Positions 43,384 to 53,449 of a stretch of 64,000 bases of DNA are shown here, piece by piece (positions within the stretch are counted from its first letter, which is position 1; each line of letters begins with the position of its first letter). Origin of the DNA: Piscinibacter sp. GTDB taxonomy: Bacteria > Pseudomonadota > Gammaproteobacteria > Burkholderiales > Burkholderiaceae_C. The notes beneath the pieces were generated by a model that did not search any database, was not told where the DNA came from, and was given only the letters and a program-made list of their open reading frames with translations. The DNA lies in assembly GCF_016706565.1 (NCBI RefSeq), contig NZ_JADJJI010000005.1. One strand, given 5' to 3'. The position numbers were made by a program, and so were the translations under genes.

Positions 43384-45122
43384 CAGCCGCGCAACTCGCG
43401 ACGAAGGATCTTGCCTACATTCGACTTGGGAAGCTCGTCGCGGAACTCGATGTGACGCGGCCGCTTGTAGGCAGTGAAGTTCTCCTTGCAGTAGTCCATC
43501 AGGTCGCTCTCCGAAAGCGAAGGGTCCCGGCGAACCACGTACAGCTTCACCGCCTCGCCAGAGCGATCGTCCGGTACACCGACCGCAGCACACTCGAGTA
43601 CGCCAGGCAGCAGGCTCACGACCTGCTCGATCTCGTTCGGATAGACGTTGAACCCGGAGACCAGGATCATGTCCTTCTTGCGATCGACGATGCGGATGTA
43701 GCCGGCGGCATCCATGACGCCGACATCGCCGGAACGGAAGAACCCGTCATCCGTCATGACCTTTGCAGTCTCGTCCGGCCGATTCCAGTAGCCGGCCATG
43801 ACCTGCGGCCCCTGGATGCAGATCTCACCGGGGACGCCAATGTCAACATCCCTCCCGTCATCGTCACGGATAACCACCCGTGTGGATGGAACCGGCAAGC
43901 CTATGCTGCCCGTGAACGCTTCCAGGTCGAACCGATTCACCGTCACGACGGGAGACGTCTCCGAAAGGCCGTAGCCCTCGACGACGGGGCAACCGGTAAC
44001 TGCAAGCCACTTCTCTGCCGTAGCGCGCTGAACGGCCATGCCACCGCCGTTCGAAATCACAAGCTCGGAGAAGTCCAGACGGGTGAACTCTGGATCGTTG
44101 GCCAGCGCATTGAACAGCGTGTTGACCGCAGGGAACATGTTGACTTTGTGCGCCGAGAGCGTCTTCACGAGCCCGGGGATGTCCCGCGGATTAGGGATCA
44201 GCAACAGTCTCATGCCCAACTGGGCGCCAAGCATGAAACACGCGGTCAAGGCAAAGATGTGATACAGCGGCAGCGCGCAGACGACCGTGAGCTGGCGCCC
44301 TGCAGGCAGTGTGTCGAGTTTGGGCCGGAACCAAGCTACCGACTGCAGCACGTTGGCGACGACATTGCGATGCAGCAGCGTGGCGCCCTTGGACACGCCG
44401 GTCGTCCCGCCCGTGTACTGGAGAAACGCGATGTCGTCCGGGGACACATCGACACGCCTGAGGCTCAATCTCGTGCCCTCGGCGATCGCCATGTTGAAGC
44501 GCGTGACGGTTCTGCCGCCATCGAGCGGCAAGCTGAACTCCGGCACCAACTTGCGAACGTGCCGCACCGCGAGATTCACCAACTGGCCCTTCCAGAAGCC
44601 CAGCAGATCTCCCATTGAAGCCAGCACGATGTGACGCACCGGTGTGCGGTGGAGCACCTCTGCCAAGGTGCTGGCGAAGTTCTCCAGAATCACGATCGCC
44701 TCGGCGCCTGAGTCCTTCAACTGGTGCTCAAGCTCGCGCGGCGTGTACAGCGGATTGACGTTCACCACCACGTAGCCGGCACGAAGCACCGCCGCGATGG
44801 CCACCGGATACTGCAGAACGTTGGGCATCATCAGCGCCACGCGCGCACCCTTGGCCAACTGGCGACTCTGCAGCCAGGCCCCGAGGGCTGAAGACAGCTC
44901 GTCCAGTTGAGCAAACGACAACTCACTGTCCATGCAAACCGCCGCACAGGAGCGGGCATGGTTGCGGAAGGCGTCTTCGAGAAGATGGGTGAGCGATCGG
45001 TACGCGCCGGGGTCGATCTCGGCAGGAACGCCGGGCGGATAGCTCGAGAGCCAGGGGCGATCAACGGATTGAGTCAAGTGTTCCTCTGCGTTCTTGGCGA
45101 GCTCAGCATGCTCGCGGGCCAC
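43383..45122 (-). CDS. fadD: Long-chain fatty acid-CoA ligase
   Basis: Collinear with E. coli FadD along the whole length (LQYTGGTTGVSKGA, ALPLYHIFALT, GYGLSE, IVDRKKDMILVSGFNVYPNEIE, PKSNVGKILRRELR). The ORF start at 45122 is GTG. An alternative start is TTG at 45077, preceded by GAGGAA. Confidence 0.9.
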   Translation of the reverse strand: MAREHAELAKNAEEHLTQSVDRPWLSSYPPGVPAEIDPGAYRSLTHLLEDAFRNHARSCAAVCMDSELSFAQLDELSSALGAWLQSRQLAKGARVALMMPNVLQYPVAIAAVLRAGYVVVNVNPLYTPRELEHQLKDSGAEAIVILENFASTLAEVLHRTPVRHIVLASMGDLLGFWKGQLVNLAVRHVRKLVPEFSLPLDGGRTVTRFNMAIAEGTRLSLRRVDVSPDDIAFLQYTGGTTGVSKGATLLHRNVVANVLQSVAWFRPKLDTLPAGRQLTVVCALPLYHIFALTACFMLGAQLGMRLLLIPNPRDIPGLVKTLSAHKVNMFPAVNTLFNALANDPEFTRLDFSELVISNGGGMAVQRATAEKWLAVTGCPVVEGYGLSETSPVVTVNRFDLEAFTGSIGLPVPSTRVVIRDDDGRDVDIGVPGEICIQGPQVMAGYWNRPDETAKVMTDDGFFRSGDVGVMDAAGYIRIVDRKKDMILVSGFNVYPNEIEQVVSLLPGVLECAAVGVPDDRSGEAVKLYVVRRDPSLSESDLMDYCKENFTAYKRPRHIEFRDELPKSNVGKILRRELRG

Positions 45123-45133
45123 AGGCAGCGCGC

Positions 45134-45850
45134 CTATGGTAGTTGTCCTAACGCGGCCTCAACAGAGTCGCTGTCGACACTCGTCGAGAACAATGCCTGA
45201 GCCAGAGCACGCTCGCGAAGACCAACCGTCGACAAGAACTCCGCCGCCCCGCCCATCGCCTTGAAGGTGTCGAACCCCACCTCAAGGAACGCTTGCAGAG
45301 CGGGCAGCCCAGCGGCCTTGGCGGGGCCGCGCATCATGTGCAGCGCCCCGCGCAGCAGCGGCTTGCGCGTCAACCGGTCCAGATCCGAGCCCACCGTGAG
45401 CGTGAGGGCGATCTGCCTCTCGCGCTGTACCGGGTCACCAACGTGCTGCCAGGCATCGACGTAGGCGAGGCGATCGATGTCGCGCCCCTGCAGACGGCGA
45501 GCCATGAGCGTGTCGAGCGTCTCCGACAGCGCATGCAGATCGGCAAGCGTCTGCACGGTGTGCACGATCTCCGCGGGAAACAGGCGCACCATCGCAGGCA
45601 CCACGCGAGCGAACTGGGCATCGCGCGAGCTGAAGTCCCGCGGACCGTACAACTCGTCCAGGAAGAAGCGGGCAGCGGGCGCGTAACGAAGGTTCGACAG
45701 CAGGTCGGCATAGGTCCCGGCAAAGCGCCGCTGCTGATAGGACTTCAGCCCCACGACCGATTCGGCCAATGCCGGGTCCGCGTTGCGCGCACAGCGTTCG
45801 CGATCGACGACATCGAGCTGGAGGAGGATGGACCTGGCTTCGGCTGACAT
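45134..45850 (-). CDS. Hypothetical protein with FFLDELY motif
   Basis: 238-aa soluble protein. RFFLDELYGPRDF resembles what I recall being named the FFLEELY-motif family. Not verifiable here. Confidence 0.6.
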   Translation of the reverse strand: MSAEARSILLQLDVVDRERCARNADPALAESVVGLKSYQQRRFAGTYADLLSNLRYAPAARFFLDELYGPRDFSSRDAQFARVVPAMVRLFPAEIVHTVQTLADLHALSETLDTLMARRLQGRDIDRLAYVDAWQHVGDPVQRERQIALTLTVGSDLDRLTRKPLLRGALHMMRGPAKAAGLPALQAFLEVGFDTFKAMGGAAEFLSTVGLRERALAQALFSTSVDSDSVEAALGQLP

Positions 45851-45995
45851 CGTCTGTGGACCCTCGTGCAGGAAAATGTAGCCCCGCCTTGCGGGTTTCT
45901 CACGAGCCCGGTTAGTCGGTCTTCTCTAGGGCGTTCAGCTGGAATGATGCAACACTGGCCAACAGTCCTGGAGAAAAGTGCCGGGCGTGAACCAG

Positions 45996-46502
45996 ATGCA
46001 TAGACGAACTCTGCTCAAGCTCGGCATCGGCGCCACGGTGATTCTCGTTGCCGCGGGTGGTGGCGTTGCGCTGCTGAATCCAGCGCTTTCCGACGGGCGG
46101 CTGAGCGACAGTGCCCGGGCCGTCATGCATGCCGTGGCAAGAGCCGTCCTCGACGGAGCGCTGCCCCCCGCCGCGGACGAGCGAGACAAGGCGATCGAAG
46201 CGCATCTGCAGCGTCTGGACGCTGCGATCGCCGACTTTCCCTCTGCCACACAGGCCGAGCTGTCGCAGTTGCTGGCGCTGCTCGCGGCGGCGCCCGGCCG
46301 TGTCGCCCTGGCAGGGCTGACGAGCGCATGGTCGCAGGCGAGCGTGACGCAAGTACAGGCTTCTCTGCAGGGCATGCGCTTGTCGTCGCTGGCGCTGAAG
46401 CAGCAGGCCTACCATGCCCTTCGCGACCTCACCAACGCGGCGTACTTCTCCGACCCTTCCGCATGGCAACGCATGGGCTATCCGGGGCCGTCGGACATCT
46501 GA
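45996..46502 (+). CDS. Tat-signal small subunit partnered with the GMC oxidoreductase (gluconate 2-dehydrogenase subunit-3-like)
   Basis: MHRRTLLKLGIGATV twin-arginine signal, 13 nt upstream of the GMC gene. Confidence 0.7.
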   Translation: MHRRTLLKLGIGATVILVAAGGGVALLNPALSDGRLSDSARAVMHAVARAVLDGALPPAADERDKAIEAHLQRLDAAIADFPSATQAELSQLLALLAAAPGRVALAGLTSAWSQASVTQVQASLQGMRLSSLALKQQAYHALRDLTNAAYFSDPSAWQRMGYPGPSDI

Positions 46503-46515
46503 TGGAGCCGGCACC

Positions 46516-48129
46516 ATGAGCCGCCAACCCGATCCCGTTCGCGAAGGCCTGGCGCGCGGCTGGCGCGTGCTCGGCGGGCCGCACGGCGCCTTGCCCGGTC
46601 GCGTCGAATGCGACGTGGCCATCGTCGGCAGTGGTGCCGGAGCCGGCATCACCGCAGAACTGCTGACGCAGGCCGGGTTGCGCGTCGTGCTCGTCGAAGA
46701 AGGCCCGTTGCGCAGCAGCACGGACTTCCACCAGCGGGAGAGCGAGGCGTATCCGACGCTCTACCAGGAGAGCGCAGCACGCAAGACCGCCGACAAGGCC
46801 ATCAACATCCTGCAAGGCCGTTGCGTGGGCGGCTCCACCACGGTCAACTGGACGAGTTCATTCCGCACGCCGCAGTCGACACTGGACCACTGGCGCGACC
46901 GGTTCGGCCTGTCCGATTTCAGTTCGGACGTGCTCGCCCCATGGTTCCAGCAGGCCGAGCGGCGTCTGAACGTCGGCACCTGGCTGATGCCGCCGAACGA
47001 GAACAACGAGTTGCTGCGGCGCGGCGCCGCCCGGCTCGGCATCACCGCGCCGATGATCCAGCGCAACGTGAAGGGCTGCTGGGACCTCGGTTCCTGTGGC
47101 ATGGGCTGCCCGACCAACGCGAAGCAGTCGATGCTCGTCACGACCATCCCTGCAGCGCTCGAGCGCGGCGCGAGCTTGCTGGTGCAGACGCGCGTGCAGG
47201 AGCTCGTGATGAAGGGTGGCCGCATCGAGGCGCTGCGCTGTGTTCCCGTGCAACTCGACGGCAGACTTGCCAGCGGCTCCGAGGTGCAGATCGTCGCACA
47301 GCACTATGTCGTGGCCGGCGGAGCTATCAACTCGCCGGCGCTGCTGATGCGCTCGGGCCTGCCCGACCCGCACTCACTGCTCGGCCGACGTACCTTCCTG
47401 CACCCGGTGGTGATCTCGGCGGCCCTGTTCGAGCAGGCCGTCGAAGGCTGGAAGGGTGCGCCGCAGACGATCTACACGGATCACTTCCTCGAGACGCAGC
47501 CCATCGACGGCGCGATCGGCTACAAGCTCGAGGCGCCGCCGATCCATCCGGTGATCTTCGCCTCGACGCTGCCGGGCTATGGGCAGGCCCAGGCCGATCT
47601 GCTGGCTGAGTTCCCGAAGACGCACAGCCTGCTGGCGCTGCTGCGCGACGGCTTCCACGAGCAATCGGCTGGTGGCCGGGTCACGTTGCGATCGGACGGC
47701 TCCCCCGTGCTCGACTACCCATTGACCGACTTCGTCATGGATGGCGCCCGGCGTGCCTTCCTCAGCATGGCCGAGATCCAGTTCGCGGCCGGCGCGAAGG
47801 TCGTGCTGCCGGTGCACGAGATGGCGCAGCGCTACACCTCGTGGGCGCAGGCGCGCGAGGCCATCGCCGCGCTGCCGATCAAGCCGCTGCTCACGCGTGT
47901 GGTCAGTGCGCACGTGATGGGCGGCTGCGGCATGGCCGGCGACGACAAGCGCGGCGTGGTGCGCCCTGACGGCGTGCATTGGCAGGTGGCCAATCTTTCT
48001 GTGCACGACGGCTCGATCTTCCCGACCAGCATCGGCGCGAATCCGCAGCTGTCGATCTACGGCATCGTGAACCGCCTGGCCACCGCGCTCGCCAAGCAGC
48101 TCAGCGGCCGTGACGTGACGCTCGCCTGA
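46516..48129 (+). CDS. GMC family FAD-dependent oxidoreductase
   Basis: N-terminal DVAIVGSGAGAG Rossmann motif and C-terminal HVMGGCGMG…VHDGSIFPTSIGANPQLSI signature. Confidence 0.9.
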   Translation: MSRQPDPVREGLARGWRVLGGPHGALPGRVECDVAIVGSGAGAGITAELLTQAGLRVVLVEEGPLRSSTDFHQRESEAYPTLYQESAARKTADKAINILQGRCVGGSTTVNWTSSFRTPQSTLDHWRDRFGLSDFSSDVLAPWFQQAERRLNVGTWLMPPNENNELLRRGAARLGITAPMIQRNVKGCWDLGSCGMGCPTNAKQSMLVTTIPAALERGASLLVQTRVQELVMKGGRIEALRCVPVQLDGRLASGSEVQIVAQHYVVAGGAINSPALLMRSGLPDPHSLLGRRTFLHPVVISAALFEQAVEGWKGAPQTIYTDHFLETQPIDGAIGYKLEAPPIHPVIFASTLPGYGQAQADLLAEFPKTHSLLALLRDGFHEQSAGGRVTLRSDGSPVLDYPLTDFVMDGARRAFLSMAEIQFAAGAKVVLPVHEMAQRYTSWAQAREAIAALPIKPLLTRVVSAHVMGGCGMAGDDKRGVVRPDGVHWQVANLSVHDGSIFPTSIGANPQLSIYGIVNRLATALAKQLSGRDVTLA

Positions 48130-48149
48130 GGGCGGGTAGCATCCCCGGC

Positions 48150-49091
48150 ATGCTTGCTCGCCTGCAACAGGCCATCACTGTCTCGCTGATTCTTCTGGCC
48201 ACCAGCTGGGTGGCGTGGTTCGGACTTCATGGGCTCTGGGGCTGGGCATTGGCAGGAGCCTTGTCGATCCTGTTCGGCTACGCGCTGTTCCTCGGCCTCG
48301 AGTTCGTGATGCTCGCCCTCACGCGGGGCGACGATCCGGCCCCCCGAGCCACCCCCGCCCAGTTGCTTCAGGCCTGGTGGGGCGAGGTACTGTCGGCACC
48401 GCGTGTGTTCTGCTGGCGGCAGCCTTTCCGCTCGAACGCCGAGCCGGACTTTCTCGAGCCCGCGCATGCGGGCCGCCTGGGTGTCGTGTTCGTGCACGGC
48501 TTCGTCTGCAACCGAGGCTTCTGGAATCCCTGGCTGCGGAGGCTGCGGGCAGCCGGCGTTCCGCATGTGGCCGTCAATCTGGAGCCGGTGTTCGGTGGCA
48601 TCGACGAGTACGTGCAGATCGTCGACGCCGCGGTGCATCGCATGCGCGACGTGACGGGCCGCCCGCCGCTGATCGTGGCGCACAGCATGGGCGGGCTGGC
48701 CGTTCGCGCATGGCTGTCGCGCTGCCCGCCCGGTGATGCGGTCGAGCATGTCGTCACCATCGGTTCGCCGCACGGCGGCACCTGGCTGGCGAAATTCGGT
48801 GTCACGCCCAACGGCCTGCAGATGCGGCGCGCCAACGACTGGTTGCAGGAACTCTCCGACGCCGAACACCGCCGCGAACCGAAGCAGCCCTACGCCAGAT
48901 TCACCTGCTTCTTCAGCCACTGCGACAACATCGTGTTCCCGCCGTCGACCGCCACCTTGCCCGGCGCCGACAACCTGCACGTGCCGGGCTGCGCGCACGT
49001 GCACCTGGCGTTTCAACCGGAGGTGTTCAGCGAGGTCTGGCGCCGGGTGTCCGGCGCATCGGCCCCCGAGCGTGCGCTGCTGGCGCAGTAG
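48150..49091 (+). CDS. Membrane-anchored alpha/beta hydrolase (lipase/esterase-like)
   Basis: Two N-terminal TM helices, VVFVHGF oxyanion region, AHSMGG nucleophile elbow. Confidence 0.75.
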   Translation: MLARLQQAITVSLILLATSWVAWFGLHGLWGWALAGALSILFGYALFLGLEFVMLALTRGDDPAPRATPAQLLQAWWGEVLSAPRVFCWRQPFRSNAEPDFLEPAHAGRLGVVFVHGFVCNRGFWNPWLRRLRAAGVPHVAVNLEPVFGGIDEYVQIVDAAVHRMRDVTGRPPLIVAHSMGGLAVRAWLSRCPPGDAVEHVVTIGSPHGGTWLAKFGVTPNGLQMRRANDWLQELSDAEHRREPKQPYARFTCFFSHCDNIVFPPSTATLPGADNLHVPGCAHVHLAFQPEVFSEVWRRVSGASAPERALLAQ

Positions 49092-49828
49092 GCGAGCCAC
49101 CCTGCCACGGCGGCCAGGCAAAGGTGCATGAGCCCGTGGCCGCTGATCCAGCCGGTGGCGCTGAGCACGGCGGAATCGGCCGCGTCGAAACCCTTGGCAA
49201 TTCCGTAGGCCACCAGCATGATGATCCAGTCGGTGGAGCGGGTGTGAGCGCCGGGAAGCCACAGTGCACCTGCCGGAATCAGCAGCACCGGCAGCCACTC
49301 CAGCAGCATGAGCGGGCGCATATCGATGCCATGTCCCAGGGCCGCGTCCGCGAGCACGATGGCGCAGGCGAGTACCGCCAGCAGGCCGGCGCCGAGCAGC
49401 GCCCGCGTCGAGCCGAAATCCGGATGCACCCGCTCCGCCAGCACCCCCAGGCTGAGAAACACGAACCCGGCGGCGCTCAGGGCGTGGGCCAGCACGAAAG
49501 ACGTGTCGCCTGGCGCCGCGTGATAGGCCGCGGCCACGCCGGCGGCAGCCCCGGCACAGAAGTGAAACGCCACCCACGGCCCGCGCAGTTCATCACCCCA
49601 GCGACTGGCCCGCGTGGCGACGATGCCCCAGAGCGCAGCAGCCAGCAACGGCAGACTGGCCAGGACGTTGGCGGCGTTGCTCAGGCCGCCCAACGCGCGA
49701 TCGTCGGCGTAGACATGCGCGTCAGAGGCGAGCAGCACGGGGCCCCAGGCGAGCAGGCCAGCCATGCTCGCCACCGCCATGGCGAGGAGCAGGGTCAGTG
49801 CACAACGGCGGCTCAGCGGCTCGCTCAT
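49013..49828 (-). CDS. Polytopic membrane protein (hypothetical, ceramidase-like topology)
   Basis: About 7 hydrophobic segments. ATG at 49828 (MSEPLSRR). Its 3' end overlaps the convergent hydrolase gene by 79 nt, so one of the two termini may be mis-set. Confidence 0.55.
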   Translation of the reverse strand: MSEPLSRRCALTLLLAMAVASMAGLLAWGPVLLASDAHVYADDRALGGLSNAANVLASLPLLAAALWGIVATRASRWGDELRGPWVAFHFCAGAAAGVAAAYHAAPGDTSFVLAHALSAAGFVFLSLGVLAERVHPDFGSTRALLGAGLLAVLACAIVLADAALGHGIDMRPLMLLEWLPVLLIPAGALWLPGAHTRSTDWIIMLVAYGIAKGFDAADSAVLSATGWISGHGLMHLCLAAVAGWLAYCASSARSGADAPDTRRQTSLNTSG

Positions 49829-49934
49829 GGCGCGAGCCCGGCAGCGGAGATGGGAAGAGGCGTCACGCCGACCAGTGTCGGCGCGGGTCACGGCACGGGC
49901 AATCGCCCCGAAGGGGGCCCCGGCGAGTGCCCGG

Positions 49935-50816
49935 TCAGAAGAGTCGGTCGGTCGGCAGGCGCGCGTCGGCGTCGAGTTCGCCGGCCGCGGCCACGCGGCG
50001 GTAGATCGGCGTGAAGTCGGGCGCCGTTGCCTCGAACAGCTGATCGAAGCTGTCGACCACGAAGTAGGTGGACTGGTACGAGTCGATCCGGTAACGCGTG
50101 CGCATGATGCGCTCGAGATCGAAGCCGATGCGCTGCGGCACGCTGCTGGTCACGCTGTGGCGCAGCTCGCCGGCCGACGACAGGATGCCCGCCCCGTAGG
50201 CGCGCAGGCCCGCCGGCGTGTCGATCAGCCCGAACTCCACCGTGTACCAGTACAGGCGCGCCAGCGTCTCGCAGGCCTCGAGCCGGCTCGCCTTCAGGCC
50301 TCCGGCGCCGTAAGCCTGCATGTAGTCGGCGAACATCGGGTTGAACAGCAGCGGCACATGGCCGAACAGATCGTGGAAGACGTCGGGCTCGACCACGTAG
50401 TCGAATTCCTCGGGCTTGCGGATCCAGCTGGTGACCGGGAAGCGCCGCTGCGCCAGCAGGGCAAAGAAGGCTTCCTCCGGGATCAGCCCGGGCACGGCCA
50501 CCACCTCCCAGCCGGTCGCCCGGTGCAGCCGTTCGCTGAGCTCGTCGAAGCGCGGAATGCGATCGGGCGCACCCAGGTTCGCCACGGCGGCAATGAACTC
50601 CTCGCAGGCCAGCCCGGGCAACTGAGCGGCCTGGCGCTCGTAGAGTCGTCGGTACAGGTCATGGTCGGCAGCGCTGTAGCGCTCCCAATGCTGGTTGCAG
50701 GTGTAGTCGGCGTTGGCCTGCGCGTAGTCGCCGCGCGGCGGCCGATCGCCCTGGCCGTAGGTGACCGGGGCCACGCCCTGGTTGATGCCGGAATGGAAGT
50801 CGGGCTGGGCGGTCAT
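49935..50816 (-). CDS. phhA: Phenylalanine 4-monooxygenase
   Basis: Iron ligand region HDLFGHVPLL, YWYTVEFGL. GGGAGG RBS. Confidence 0.92.
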   Translation of the reverse strand: MTAQPDFHSGINQGVAPVTYGQGDRPPRGDYAQANADYTCNQHWERYSAADHDLYRRLYERQAAQLPGLACEEFIAAVANLGAPDRIPRFDELSERLHRATGWEVVAVPGLIPEEAFFALLAQRRFPVTSWIRKPEEFDYVVEPDVFHDLFGHVPLLFNPMFADYMQAYGAGGLKASRLEACETLARLYWYTVEFGLIDTPAGLRAYGAGILSSAGELRHSVTSSVPQRIGFDLERIMRTRYRIDSYQSTYFVVDSFDQLFEATAPDFTPIYRRVAAAGELDADARLPTDRLF

Positions 50817-50829
50817 CTCGCGCCCTCCC

Positions 50830-51945
50830 TCAGGCCGCCGACTTGTCCTGCAGCACGCCGCGGCGGATCTGGTCGAGCTCGATGCTCTCGAACAGTGCGC
50901 GGAAGTTGCCTTCGCCGAAACCCTGGTCGCCCTTGCGCTGGATGAGCTCGAAGAAGATCGGCCCGATCACCGTCTGCGTGAAGATCTGCAGCAGCAGCTC
51001 GTTCGGCGCGCCCTGGTGCGTGGCGCCGTCGATCAGGATGCGCAGGCGCCTCAGCTCGGCGATGTTCTCGCCGTGCCGGGGCAGGCGCTTGTCGACCAGG
51101 TCGTAGTAGGTCTCGATGGTGTCCTGGAAGCTCACGCCGGCATCCTTCATGCCCTGCACGGTGCGGTAGATGTCGTCGGTGCCCAGCGCGATGTGCTGGA
51201 TGCCTTCGCCGTGGTACAGGTCGAGGTACTCGGCGATCTGGCTCTTGTCGTCGCTGCTCTCGTTGATCGGGATGCGGATCTTGCCGCAGGGGCTGGTCAT
51301 GGCCTTGCTCTTCAGGCCGGTGAGCTTGCCCTCGATGTCGAAGTAGCGCACCTCCTTGAAGTTGAACAGGCGCTCGTAGAACTCGGCCCACTCCTTCATG
51401 CGGCCGCGGTGCACGTTGTGCGTCAGGTGGTCGATGTAGGTCAGACCGTGACCGGTGACTGCGGCCTCGGCGCCGTCCATCGGCACGAAGTCGACGTCCC
51501 AGATGCTGATGTTGCCGATCGCGCCGGGCTTCGCCCCGTCCTTGCCGTGCCAGCGGTCGACGAAGTAGATCAGGCTGTCGCCGATGCCCTTGATGGCCGG
51601 CACGTTCAGCTCCATCGGGCCGGTTTTGTTGTCGAAGCCCCAGGCGCCCAGCGAGAGTGCGCGTTCGTAGGCCAGCTTCGCGTCCTTCACGCGGAAAGCC
51701 ATGGCGCACACACTCGGCCCGTGCAGGCGGGCGAAGCGCTGCGCGAAGGAATCCGGCTCGGCGTTGATGACGAAGTTCACCTCGCCCTGGCGATACAGGA
51801 ACACGTTCTTGGTGCGGTGCCTGGCGATGGCGCGAAAGCCCAGCGTCTCGAAGAGTTTGCCCAGCGCCGCCGGGTCCGGCGCCGCGTACTCGATGAACTC
51901 GAATCCGTCGGTGCCCATCGGGTTGTCCCAGGGGGTGAACTGCAT
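50830..51945 (-). CDS. hppD: 4-hydroxyphenylpyruvate dioxygenase
   Basis: GFEFIEYAAPDP N-terminus, GIQHIAL, FFELIQRKGDQGFGEGNFRALFESIE C-terminus. ATG at 51945 lies within ORF 50830-52029. Confidence 0.95.
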   Translation of the reverse strand: MQFTPWDNPMGTDGFEFIEYAAPDPAALGKLFETLGFRAIARHRTKNVFLYRQGEVNFVINAEPDSFAQRFARLHGPSVCAMAFRVKDAKLAYERALSLGAWGFDNKTGPMELNVPAIKGIGDSLIYFVDRWHGKDGAKPGAIGNISIWDVDFVPMDGAEAAVTGHGLTYIDHLTHNVHRGRMKEWAEFYERLFNFKEVRYFDIEGKLTGLKSKAMTSPCGKIRIPINESSDDKSQIAEYLDLYHGEGIQHIALGTDDIYRTVQGMKDAGVSFQDTIETYYDLVDKRLPRHGENIAELRRLRILIDGATHQGAPNELLLQIFTQTVIGPIFFELIQRKGDQGFGEGNFRALFESIELDQIRRGVLQDKSAA

Positions 51946-52080
51946 GCGGCGCTCCTGTAGTCGGTTGCGTTTGATCTGTCTCAACGCTGGATCGCACTGT
52001 AGAGGCGCTGACGCGCAGGATTTCTGCAACTTTCAGCGCGCGGATGGTCGCTGAAGCAGGAAAACTGCAAAATCGGAGAG

Positions 52081-52563
52081 ATGGAAAACGCAATCCCGCT
52101 CGATGCGATCGATCGGCGCATCCTTCGCGCGCTGCAGGCCGACGGTCGTGTCACCTACGACGTGCTCGCCACGCAGGTGAGCCTGTCGCCGTCGGCGGCG
52201 CTGCGCCGCGTCAAGCGGCTCGAGGAAGCTGGGGTCATCTCATCCTATGTGGCACTGGTCGCGCCCGAGCGTGTCGGCCTCGGCCTCACGGCCTACCTGA
52301 ACGTTCGGCTCGAAAAGCACGCCGAGGTCCACAAGCGCAACCCGATGGACCTGTTCCGCGCTGCGGTGCAGACCTGGCCGGAGGTGGTGGAGTGCGCCGC
52401 GCTGACCGGCGAGATGGACTACCTGCTGCGCGTGGTCGTGGAAGACATGGCGCACTATTCGCGCTTCGTGATGGACACGCTGCTTCGCCACCCGAGCGTG
52501 GAAGACTGCAAGACGAGCTTCGTGCTCGACCGCGTCAAGAACACCACCGCGCTGCCGGTGTAG
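52081..52563 (+). CDS. Lrp/AsnC family transcriptional regulator
   Basis: LDAIDRRILRALQADGRVTYDVLATQVSLSPSAALRRVKRLEEAGVI plus a RAM domain. Divergent from hppD. Confidence 0.9.
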   Translation: MENAIPLDAIDRRILRALQADGRVTYDVLATQVSLSPSAALRRVKRLEEAGVISSYVALVAPERVGLGLTAYLNVRLEKHAEVHKRNPMDLFRAAVQTWPEVVECAALTGEMDYLLRVVVEDMAHYSRFVMDTLLRHPSVEDCKTSFVLDRVKNTTALPV

Positions 52564-52596
52564 ATCCGGCAGCGCGAGAGTGGGGCAAGGCTGCTC

Positions 52597-53283
52597 TCAG
52601 TCGTCCGTGCCGATGACCCGGTAGGCCAGCGCGCCCAGCACGGCGCCGGCGATCGGCGCGACCCAGAACAGCCACAGCTGCGCGATCGCCCAGTCGCCGA
52701 CGAACACCGCCACGCCGGTGCTGCGCGCCGGGTTCACCGAGGTGTTGGTGACAGGGATGCTGATCAGGTGGATCAGCGTGAGGCACAGGCCGATGGCCAG
52801 CGGCGCGAAGCCCGCCGGGGCGCGCTTGTCGGTGGCGCCCAGGATGACGAGCAGGAACATCATCGTCATCACCACCTCGGTGACCAGCGCCGAAAGCAGC
52901 GAGTACTTGCCCGGCGAATGCTCGCCGAAGCCGTTGGAGGCAAAGCCCGCCGAGACGTCGAAGCCAGCCTTGCCGCTCGCGATCAGGTACAGCACGCCGC
53001 CGGCGACGATGGCGCCGAGCACCTGCGCGGCGATGTAGGGCAGCAGCTTGCTCGCTTCGAAGCGGCCGCCGGCCCACAGGCCGATCGACACCGCCGGGTT
53101 GAGGTGGCAGCCCGAGATGTGGCCGATGCCGTAGGCCATGGTCACCACGGTCAGCCCGAAGGCCAGCGACACGCCCATCAGGCCGATGCCGACCTCGGGG
53201 AACGCCGCGGCCAGCACGGCGCTGCCGCACCCGCCCAGCACCAGCCAGAACGTGCCGAAGAATTCTGCGATCGTTGCCTTCAT
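52597..53283 (-). CDS. aqpZ: Aquaporin Z
   Basis: Two NPA boxes (HLNPAVS, SVNPARS). ATG at 53283 ([12 protein letters not shown]) lies within ORF 52597-53382. Confidence 0.95.
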   Translation of the reverse strand: MKATIAEFFGTFWLVLGGCGSAVLAAAFPEVGIGLMGVSLAFGLTVVTMAYGIGHISGCHLNPAVSIGLWAGGRFEASKLLPYIAAQVLGAIVAGGVLYLIASGKAGFDVSAGFASNGFGEHSPGKYSLLSALVTEVVMTMMFLLVILGATDKRAPAGFAPLAIGLCLTLIHLISIPVTNTSVNPARSTGVAVFVGDWAIAQLWLFWVAPIAGAVLGALAYRVIGTDD

Positions 53284-53449
53284 GTTCTCTCTCCTCGTGA
53301 GTGATGGCCGCCCGGCATCGAGGCCGCGGCTCGTATTCGTGAACGAGGACGGACTGTGACCAGAGGCTCGAAGTGGCGCCACCGGGATCGGTGCGCTCGT
53401 GTGAGATCTTCACACTGACGGCGCCGCGGCGCCACAGCGTTCGGGCGCT

